Positions 10,650 to 21,241 of a DNA stretch of 35,329 bases are shown here, piece by piece. Origin of the DNA: Nemertoderma westbladi (Eukaryota; Animalia; Xenacoelomorpha); NCBI GenBank assembly GCA_032718475.1, contig JAUCBJ010001326.1, positions 1 through 35,329 on the forward strand, written 5' to 3'. The position numbers and the translations under genes were made by a program. Below the pieces are notes generated by a model. It was not told the DNA's origin. It searched no databases and saw only the letters and a list, made by a program, of their open reading frames with translations. Position 1 is the stretch's first letter. Every line of letters begins with the position of its first letter.

Positions 10650-11955
10650 TTAGCTTACACAACTAACCTCGCTCCGTATAGCTTACCCAACAAACCTCTC
10701 TCAGAGTAGCTTACCCAACAAACCTATCTCGGGGTAGCTTACCCAATAAACATCGCTCCGGGTAGCTTACCCAACAAACCTCGCTCCAGGTAGCTTACCC
10801 AAAACACCTCGCTCCGGGTAGCTTACCCAACAAACCTCGCTCCGTGTAGCTTACCCAACAAACCTCGCTCCGGGTAGTTACCCAACAAACTTCGCTCCGG
10901 GAAGCTTACCTAACAATAACAAATCTCCCTCCATCCAGGTAGATTACCCACAAACCTCTCTCGGGGTAGCTTACCCAACAAACCACGCCCCGGGTAGCTT
11001 ACCCAACAAACCTCGCTCTGGGTAGCTTACCCAACAAACCTCGATCCGGGTAGCTTACCCAACAAACCTCGCTCGGTGTAGCTTACCCAACAAACCTAGC
11101 TCCGGGTAGCTTACCCAACAAACCTCGCTCTGGGTAGCTTACCCAACAATCCTCGCTCCAGGTAGCTTACCCAACAAACCTCTCTCAGGGTAACTTACAC
11201 AACAAACCTCTCTCAGGGTAGCTTACCCAAAAAACCTAGCTCCCGGTAACTTACCCAACAAACCTCTCTCGGGGTACCTTACCCAATAAACATCGCTCCG
11301 TGGAGCTTACCCAACAAACCTCGCTCCGTGGAGCTTACCCAACAAACTTCGCTCCGGGAAGCTTGCCTAACAAACCTCCCTCCATTCAGGTAGCTTACCC
11401 ACAAACTTCTCTCGGGGTAGCTTACCCAACAAACCTCGCTCTGGGTAGCTTACCCAACAAACCTCGCTCCGGGTAGCTTACCCAACAAACCACGCTCCGG
11501 GTAGCTTACCCAACAAACCTCGCTCTGGGTAGCTAACCCAACAAACTTCGCTGTGGGTAGCTTACCCAACAAACCTCGCTCTGGGTAGTTTACCCAACAA
11601 ACTTCGCGCCGGGTAGCTTACGCAACATACCTCGCTCCGGGTAGCTTACCCAAAAAACCTCGCTCTGGGTAGCTTACCCAACAAACCTCGCTCCGGGTAG
11701 CTTACCCAACAAACCTCGCTATGGGTAGCTTACCCAATAATCCTCGCTCCGGGTAGCTTACCCAACAAACCTCGCTATGGGTAGCTTACCCAATAATCCT
11801 CGCTCCAGGTAGCTTACCCAACAAACCTCGCTATGGGTAGCTTACCCAATAATCCTCGCTCCGGGTAGCTTACCAAACAAACCTTGCTCTTGATAGCGTT
11901 CCCAACAAACCTCGCTCATGGAACAAACCTCGCTCCAGATAGCTTACCCAACAAA
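10650..11955. repeat. 28-bp tandem satellite (~45 copies)
   Basis: Unit GGGTAGCTTACCCAACAAACCTCGCTCC with a near-palindromic GGGTA-GCT-TACCC core. Confidence 0.95.
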
Positions 11956-12230
11956 GTCCTTTTGCATGAAACCTTCCCCGGATAAATAATTACAAATTAA
12001 TTCAGATATTGTGTAGCAGATTGTTACCAAAATGAAACGGAAGCTTGTGTTATTGACTCTCATAATGTATTGTTTTGATTAGAATTTCCTGACACCGTAA
12101 CATTATTACTCACATTACAAGTTTGCTTCTATTAGTCCTATTACAATCCATACTATCTTTCACCTTTTGTTACATACAGTACAGATACTGATATCAAACA
12201 CTGAGGAAAGTTCACCAACACCGGAGATTA

Positions 12231-13539
12231 TCAATCAGATTTAGGTCGCTTTCCGCCACGTCGGTTATTAAACACCATGTTAAGTTTACCAATTTTCACC
12301 GAGATGCCCTGCATCAACTTTCCCTTCTTGCCATGGTGACCGTGATGATCGTTCCTAAAATAAATAATTATGAAATTAATATATTTAGAATTCGAATCAG
12401 ACGCCTTGTTCCTAAACCTTTGGGAACATTACTTTAAATGCTGCAGCCTAGCTCAACCCGGGCATTCATTCTGCAAGGACTTCTATAACATAGTATATAT
12501 TATTATATGTTCCAGAAGTCCTTGGTTAAAGTTAGGGTTCATAGTGACGAAGTTGGAGGCCGTGAATGATAAACATCAGAGGAGGCCGTGTTGGATGTTA
12601 ATGATGAGTCGTCGACTGATGACCAATGGGAGCGTCTCAGCTCCCAGTGGCGGTATGTAGGAGGTAGCTGTCACAAAAGTCATGGGCCGTCCACCATGCT
12701 TACTTTCTCCATGGGGCTGCCAAAGCACAAGATTGTGCACTGGCTGATCCTTACCACGAAAGCAATGTGCTACAAAGCGGAGGCTGTTTTGTTCAAGTAC
12801 TTAGCTTGGCGGGACTACTAAGACAGCCCCAATGCTGGATAGGGTATGATTGCAGATACTGTATGTTCATCGTACTTGACAGAATGAACCCGGCGTAGCT
12901 TTGTAACTTTGTATCCTCAGCAGTTAGTCACATAATGGCCTCTACTGCTGCTCTAAATGAACGAACCTAGAGATCTCATTTTCTTCTATATTATTCCAAA
13001 TCATGGACAGATGAAGTATGTTCTGTAATATATTCAATGGGTTTGACAGCACCAAGGCGGGGAAAGGCCACCGATGATGGGAACGGACAGGGCAAGACTT
13101 GACAACCACATCATGGTCTGTATCAATGTGATATTTCTACATACTGTACAACCAGACAAACACCTCTATGACAAAAACAAACATACATAGACTAGACTAC
13201 ACGTTGCCCCCCTTGTGTAATAAAATATTATGCTCAGTTCATTACTAACACATCGTCTTCGCCAGACTTGCTTACACCTCCACTATCACCTCGGCCTCGG
13301 CGATACGAAACTGGTACCCCGAGATGGAGTTTGGCAGGTGGAGATGTTACCTCAGACTCAAGTTCAGTTTCATTTTCTTGTTCCACCTCAGTTTCAGTTG
13401 GCTCTAATTTCTCCTCTTCAACTTCTAATTCAGGTTTGTTACCCGATCCTCCCCTTGTCAGGAAATTGTCGCTGACTTTTCTATCAATCAAAAAACCTGC
13501 AGTAACTCCTACCAGTAGAGCCAAAACAATGAACTTCAT
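12231..13539 (-). CDS. Probable two-exon host gene for a 137-aa secreted protein (exons 13539-13250 and 12354-12231)
   Basis: Signal peptide MKFIVLALLVGVTAG. Donor GT|GTTAGT at 13249 and acceptor TTTATTTTAG| at 12355 are both phase 2. Exon 2 is open for 40 aa (NDHHGHHGKKGKLMQGISVKIGKLNMVFNNRRGGKRPKSD) then TGA TAA. TATA box upstream. Confidence 0.65.
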
Positions 13540-13632
13540 GATGGTTTTTGGTTTACAAATCTAAACTAAATTAGTATTTAATTTTTATAAATTATGGAGA
13601 GATTTATTGAAATTCTAAGCTTTAACGAGGTC

Positions 13633-13639
13633 TTATATA
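13633..13639 (-). promoter_or_regulatory. TATA box of the secreted-protein gene
   Basis: CCTATATAAG on the minus strand, about 95 bp upstream of the ATG. Confidence 0.55.
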
Positions 13640-14309
13640 GGAAAGAAGTGGCATTTGGCAGGATTTTGTTCAAATACAATATACGGTATCAATGAAACAA
13701 ACATAATGACAGACATGTTATTCATAAACCACAGTAATATTTTGCCCCGTTTGATCGAAAGCCGCCATAAATTTCTGCAAAATTCCCATAATAGCGTTTT
13801 AATAATTCAATGTAAATGTAAACGAGCAAGTTTAGCAATGAATTCTCTGTGATCGAATACAAGACCAACAATAATCAAATATAGTTACTGAATTCACATA
13901 TGCTCTCTCACACAAAGTTGAACACGTCACACTAAATCTACCAAATTATAACCGACTATAATCAACGAAAATGGATTCAAATGAAACAATAAATGCAATT
14001 TGTTTGCTAATATTTCGGATTTTTACCTTTTATACAGATTGGCTCCTATTCCTAATATAATAAAAACGTCGACGTTACGTTTATATACTGTATAGTGTAT
14101 ATCCTATATGCTACTACAACTATCTAGTACAGTTGTAGGTACTACAGTAGACCCTACCTGTACACACAATCAGCAACCTCATTCGTAACAAATCTAGGTT
14201 TACAGTGCAGCTGTTTATGTTCATTGGGCTTACTGTTACTATCTATCACTTCACATATTACGCAATGGCGGTAACCTACCGGAAAAAGGGTTTAGTGTAA
14301 GCAAGGTGT

Positions 14310-17300
14310 GGTTGTGAAAATTCATAACGGGAGGTGAAAAGGCAATCAATAGCGGGTTGGGAAAAGGATATAACTGGAGGTGAAAATTAATAACGGGAGG
14401 TGAAAAGGCAATCAATAGCGGGTTGGGAAAAGGATATAACTAGAGGTGAAAATTAATAACTGGAGGTGAAAAGGCAATCAATAGCGGGTTGGGGAAAAGT
14501 TTAAGTATCGTTTGCTTTATTGGCATTTAAATTGTAATTCCATTAAATATAATATAATTCAGGACCTGCTTTTGCTTTTACATATTTTAGTTTAATTTTA
14601 TTTACAGTATCTATTTTTAATATTGATAGTTAATATACTAAGGGCCTACGGTAATTTAAATTAAAAAAATGTATAGGGCCTCGTATTTTCAGATACGGTG
14701 GGGGGTTCAATGCTGTGCAGTGCTTTAACATTTCATCTTAAGAGAAAATTAATAACGGGAGGTGAAAAGGCAATCAATAGCGGGTGGGGAAAAGGATATA
14801 ACTGGAGGTGAAAATTAATAACTGGAGGTGAAAAGGCAATCAATAGCGGGTGGGGAAAAGGATATAATGGAGGGTGAAAATTAATAACGGGAGGTGAAAA
14901 GGCAATCAATAGCGGGTGGGGAAAAGGATATATCGGGGGGTGAAAATTAATAACGGGAGGTGAAAAGGCAATCAATAGCGGGTTGGGGAAAAGGATATAA
15001 CGGGAGGTGAAAATTAATAACGGGAGGTGAAAAGGCAATCAATAGCGGGTTGGGAAAAAGGATATAACTAGAGGTGAAAATTAATAACTGGAGGTGAAAA
15101 GGCAATCAATAGCGGGTGGGGAAAAGGATATAACTGGGGGTGAAAATTAATAACGGGAGGTGAAAAGGCAATCAATAGCGGGTTGGGAAAAAGGATATAA
15201 CTAGAGGTGAAAATTAATAACTGGAGGTGAAAAGGCAATCAATAGCGGGTGGGGAAAAGGATATAATGGAGGGTGAAAATTAATAACGGGAGGTGAAAAG
15301 GCAATCAACAGCGGGTGGGGAAAAGGCAATAACTGGAGGTGAAAAGGCAATCAATAGCGGGTTGGGAAAAAGGATATAACTAGAGGTGAAAATTAATAAC
15401 GGGAGGTGAAAAGGCAATCAATAGCGGGTTGGGAAAAAGGATATAACTAGAGGTGAAAATTAATAACTGGAGGTGAAAAGGCAATCAATAGCGGGTGGGG
15501 AAAAGGATATAACTGGAGGTGAAAATTAATAACGGGAGGTGAAAAGGAAATCAATAGCGGGTTGGGGAAAAGGATATAACGGAGGGTGAAAATTAATAAC
15601 GGGAGGTGAAAAGGCAATCAACAGCGGGTGGGGAAAAGGCAATAACTGGAGGTGAAAAGGCAATCAATAGCGGGTTGGGAAAAAGGATATAACTAGAGGT
15701 GAAAATTAATAACGGGAGGTGAAAAGGCAATCAATAGCGGGTTGGGAAAAAGGATATAACTAGAGGTGAAAATTAATAACTGGAGGTGAAAAGGCAATCA
15801 ATAGCGGGTGGGGAAAAGGATATAATGGGGGGTGAAAAGGCAATCAATAGCGGGTTGGGAAAAAGGATATAACTAGAGGTGAAAATTAATAACGGGAGGT
15901 GAAAAGGCAATCAATAGCGGGTTGGGAAAAAGGATATAACTAGAGGTGAAAATTAATAACTGGAGGTGAAAAGGCAATCAATAGCGGGTGGGGAAAAGGA
16001 TATAACTGGAGGTGAAAAGGCAATCAATAGTAGGTGGGGAAAAGGATATAACTGGAGATGAAAATTAATAACTGGAGGTGAAAAGGCAATCAATAGAGGG
16101 TGGGGAAAAGGATATAACGGGGGGTGAAAATTAATAACGGGAGGTGAAAAGGCAATCAACAGCGGGTTGGGGAAAAGGATATAACTGGAGGTGAAAAGGC
16201 AATCAATAGTAGGTGGGGAAAAGGATATAACTGGAGATGAAAATTAATAACTGGAGGTGAAAAGGCAATCAATAGAGGGTGGGGAAAAGGATATAATGGG
16301 GGGTGAAAATTAATAACGGGAGGTGAAAAGGCAATCAATAGTGGGTGGGGAAAAGCATATAACTGGATGTGAAAATTAATAACTGGAGGTGAAAAGGCAA
16401 TCAATAGCGGGTGGGGAAAAGGATATAACGGGGGGTGAAAAGGCAATCAATAGCAGGTGGGGAAAAGGATATAACTAGAGGTGAAAATTAATAACGGGAG
16501 GTGAAAAGGCAATCAACAGCGGGTGGGGAAAAGGAAATAACTGGAGGTGAAAAGGCAATCAATAGCGGGTTGGGAAAAGGATATAACGGGGGGTGAAAAT
16601 TAATAACTGGAGGTGAAAAGGCAATCAATAGCGGGTGGGGAAAAGGATATAACGGGGGGTGAAAATTAATAACTGGAGGTGAAAAGGCAATCAATAGCGG
16701 GTGGGGAAAAGGATATAATGGAGGGTGAAAATTAATAACGGGAGGTGAAAAGGCAATCAACAGCGGGTGGGGAAAAGGAAATAACTGGAGGTGAAAAGGC
16801 AATCAATAGCGGGTTGGGAAAAGGATATAATGGAGGGTGAAAATTAATAACGGGAGGTGAAAAGGCAATCAACAGCGGGTTGGGGAAAAGGAAATAACTG
16901 GAGGAGAAAAGGCAATCAATAGCGGGTGGGGAAAAGGATATAATGGAGGGTGAAAATTAATAACGGGAGGTGAAAAGGCAATCAACAGCGGGTTGGGGAA
17001 AAGGAAATAACTGGAGGTGAAAAGGCAATCAATAGCGGGTGGGGAAAAGGATATAACGGGGGGTGAAAATTAATAACTGGAGGTGAAAAGGCAATCAATA
17101 GCGGGTGGGGAAAAGGATATAATGGAGGGTGAAAATTAATAACTGGAGGTGAAAAGGCAATCAATAGCGGGTGGGGAAAAGGATATAATGGAGGGTGAAA
17201 ATTAATAACGGGAGGTGAAAAGGCAATCAACAGCGGGTGGGGAAAAGGAAATAACTGGAGGTGAAAAGGCAATCAATAGCGGGTTGGGAAAAGGATATAA

Positions 17301-20147
17301 CTAGAGGTGAAAATTAATAACGGGAGGTGAAAAGGCAATCAACAGCGGGTGGGGAAAAGGAAATAACTGGAGGTGAAAAGGCAATCAATAGCGGGTGGGG
17401 AAAAGGATATAACGGGGGGTGAAAATTAATAACTGGAGGTGAAAAGGCAATCAATAGCGGGTGGGGAAAAGGATATAATGGAGGGTGAAAATTAATAACG
17501 GGAGGTGAAAAGGCAATCAACAGCGGGTGGGGAAAAGGAAATAACTGGAGGTGAAAAGGCAATCAATAGCGGGTTGGGAAAAGGATATAATGGAGGGTGA
17601 AAATTAATAACGGGAGGTGAAAAGGCAATCAACAGCGGGTTGGGGAAAAGGAAATAACTGGAGGAGAAAAGGCAATCAATAGCGGGTGGGGAAAAGGATA
17701 TAATGGAGGGTGAAAATTAATAACGGGAGGTGAAAAGGCAATCAACAGCGGGTTGGGGAAAAGGAAATAACTGGAGGAGAAAAGGCAATCAATAGCGGGT
17801 GGGGAAAAGGATATAACTAGAGGTGAAAATTAATAACTGGAGGTGAAAAGGCAATCAATAGCGGGTGGGGAAAAGGATATAATGGAGGGTGAAAATTAAT
17901 AACGGGAGGTGAAAAGGCAATCAACAGCGGGTTGGGGAAAAGGAAATAACTGGAGGAGAAAAGGCAATCAATAGCGGGTGGGGAAAAGGATATAACTAGA
18001 GGTGAAAATTAATAACTGGAGGTGAAAAGGCAATCAATAGCGGGTGGGGAAAAGGATATAATGGAGGGTGAAAATTAATAACGGGAGGTGAAAAGGCAAT
18101 CAATAGCGGGTTGGGAAAAGGATATAACTAGAGGTGAAAATTAATAACTGGAGGTGAAAAGGCAATCAATAGCGGGTGGGGAAAAGGATATAACTGGGGG
18201 TGAAAATTAATAACGGGAGGTGAAAAGGCAATCAATAGCGGGTGGGGAAAAGGATATAACTGGGGGTGAAAATTAATAACGGGAGGTGAAAAGGCAATCA
18301 ATAGCGGGTTGGGAAAAAGGATATAACTAGAGGTGAAAATTAATAACTGGAGGTGAAAAGGCAATCAATAGCGGGTGGGGAAAATGATATAACTGGGGGT
18401 GAAAATTAATAACGGGAGGTGAAAAGGCAATCAATAGCGGGTTGGGAAAAAGGATATAACTAGAGGTGAAAATTAATAACTGGAGGTGAAAAGGCAATCA
18501 ATAGCGGGTGGGGAAAAGGATATAACTGGGGGTGAAAATTAATAACGGGAGGTGAAAAGGCAATCAATAGCGGGTTGGGAAAAAGGATATAACTAGAGGT
18601 GAAAATTAATAACTGGAGGTGAAAAGGCAATCAATAGCGGGTGGGGAAAAGGATATAATGGAGGGTGAAAATTAATAACGGGAGGTGAAAAGGAAATCAA
18701 TAGCGGGTGGGGAAAAGGATATAACTAGAGGTGAAAATTAATAACTGGAGGTGAAAAGGCAATCAATAGCGGGTGGGGAAAAGGATATAACTGGAGGTGA
18801 AAAGGCAATCAATAGCGGGTTGGGAAAAAGGATATAACTAGAGGTGAAAATTAATAACGGGAGGTGAAAAGGCAATCAATAGCGGGTTGGGAAAAAGGAT
18901 ATAACTAGAGGTGAAAATTAATAACTGGAGGTGAAAAGGCAATCAATAGCGGGTGGGGAAAAGGATATAATGGGGGGTGAAAATTAATAACGGGAGGTGA
19001 AAAGGCAATCAATAGCGGGTGGGGAAAAGGAAATAACTGGAGGTGAAAAGGCAATCAATAGCGGGTGGGGAAAAGGATATAACTAGAGGTGAAAATTAAT
19101 AACTGGAGGTGAAAAGGCAATCAACAGCGGGTGGGGAAAAGGAAATAACTGGAGGTGAAAAGGCAATCAATAGCGGGTGGGGAAAAGGATATAACTAGAG
19201 GTGAAAATTAATAACTGGAGGTGAAAAGGCAATCAATAGCTGGTTGGGGAAAAGGATATAACAGTAGGTGAAAAGGCAATCAATAGCGGGTGGGGAAAAG
19301 GATATAATGGAGGGTGAAAATTAATAACGGGAGGTGAAAAGGCAATCAACAGCGGGTGGGGAAAAGGAAATAACTGGAGGTGAAAAGGCAATCAATAGCG
19401 GGTTGGGGAAAAGGATATAACGGGAGGTGAAAATTAATAACGGGAGGTGAAAAGGCAATCAATAGCGGGTTGGGAAAAAGGATATAACTAGAGGTGAAAA
19501 TTAATAACTGGAGGTGAAAAGGCAATCAATAGCGGGTGGGGAAAAGGATATAATGGAGGGTGAAAATTAATAACGGGAGGTGAAAAGGCAATCAACAGCG
19601 GGTGGGGAAAAGGAAATAACTGGAGGTGAAAAGGCAATCAATAGCGGGTGGGGAAAAGGATATAACTAGAGGTGAAAATTAATAACTGGAGGTGAAAAGG
19701 CAATCAATAGCGGGTGGGAAAAAGGATATAACGGGGGGTGAAAAGGCAATCAATAGCGGGTGGGGAAAAGGATATAACTGGGGGTGAAAAGGCAATCAAT
19801 AGCGGGTGGGGAAAAGGATATAACTAGAGGTGAAAATTAATAACTGGAGGTGAAAAGGCAATCAATAGCGGGTGGGGAAAAGGATATAACAGTAGGTGAA
19901 AAGGCAATCAATAGCGGGTGGGGAAAAGGATATAACGGGAGGTGAAAATTAATAACGGGAGGTGAAAAGGCAATCAATAGCGGGTTGGGGAAAAGGATAT
20001 AATGGGGGGAGAAAATTAATAACGGGAGGTGAAAAGGCAATCAATAGCGGGTGGGGAAAAGGATATAACGGGAGGTGAAAATTAATAACGGGAGGTGAAA
20101 AGGCAATCAATAGCGGGTTGGGGAAAAGGATATAACTGGAGGTGAAA
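14310..20147. repeat. 66-bp (46+20) purine-rich satellite array, ~5.6 kb, interrupted at ~14500-14743
   Basis: Unit AGGTGAAAAGGCAATCAATAGCGGGTGGGGAAAAGGATATAACTAG + AGGTGAAAATTAATAACTGG, with 46-, 66/67- and 86-bp variants. Confidence 0.97.
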
Positions 20148-21142
20148 GAGAGAGTAAGGGACAGCGAGGTCCGAGAGAGAGACAGTAAGGGAGAGAGGGG
20201 TCCGAGAGTGGGATTAGAGAGAGGATCTATAAAATTGTGCGAAGAGAGTCCACAATTGTCTCAAACAGAGACGTCAGATACCTTGGTGCAACATAGCTCG
20301 CGATTGCACCAAGGAGAGGTAGCAATAACATACCCAGGGGGGCGGCCAGGAAAGCCGACCCCGAGAAAAGAACTCCACCCCACACCCGATATTAGTTTGG
20401 GTTCCAGCGGAATTGAAGCGCACTTAAGGTTGATGCTATCTTCTCACCAGGAAGATAGCATGGAGGGAGTGTAAGCGGATTCAATTCCACTTCATTACCC
20501 ACCAGAAAATGGGACCAGTGGGATTTTACCAATAAGTTGGGGATACGAGATTACCAATATTAATCTCGTCTCATAACCAACATTCGGGGGGGGGGGGGGT
20601 GACACAAGCCCCAAAGCCACAGAGAGAGGTGAGAGGTCAAACCACCTCGGAGGGAATACAGCTAGTAGAAACTAGCAGCGGGGGGGGGGGGGGGGAAACA
20701 CTCACAGGGAGTGCCAAAGTGACAATTAGTATATTAGCCAATAGCAGGGAGGGAAGCACGTGATTAGAGATAGGAAAGCATCCAATGGGTACAGAGGGCC
20801 AAGTATAGTAAGAGGTGAAATCAATATCCGTGTGTGTTAATCATATATTATCCAACATTACTGATTTACTGGTCAGTTGATTCAGTTACTCAGTTGCAGA
20901 CTGGTCATAGTTAATGACCGTCACCGCTACTAACATCAGCAATTAATCTGTGTATTTTCTGCTATTACATCTGTGTTATAACCGATTGACTGATTGTGCT
21001 ATTATTGGCGGATTATCAATATCGAGAAACAACATAAACCTTTATTGTTTTCCCCAACAGACTACGGCCAAAGCAAACTAGCACGATTGCCCAGCAGAAC
21101 GGTGACGCGTACAAAATCTAACCCGGTCGGAATCTTATAGAT
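20145..21142 (+). mobile_element. 5' LTR of element B (first ~366 bp and last ~9 bp missing)
   Basis: About 97% identical to 32011-32996 (about 29 substitutions by manual count, plus poly-G length differences). Confidence 0.93.
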
Positions 21143-21241
21143 TCCTATATATTCTTATTCTTATAGATTCCGGAATCTTATAGAGTCATTAACTACCAGC
21201 CTACCAACTAACAAACTGTGACTGCAAAGAAAGACAGAAAG

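Noticed and set aside
10650-11955. 28-bp palindromic repeat array as CRISPR
   Set aside because: Units are head-to-tail with no unique spacers, there are no cas genes, and the context is eukaryotic.
12616-12656. CTGATGA plus hairpin (TGGGAGC/GCTCCCA) as a hammerhead ribozyme
   Set aside because: The required GAAA after stem II is absent and no stems I/III are evident.
14733-20040. Multiple Pro/Phe-rich ORFs (PFPHPLLIAFSPPVINFH)
   Set aside because: Translations of the satellite, with frequent frameshifts from 46/67-bp units.
20142-20474. ORF repeated in both LTRs (also 32101-32340)
   Set aside because: Non-ATG starts, no recognisable domain, and the frame is not kept in the diverged LTR remnant. 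Conservation is better explained by RNA stems.
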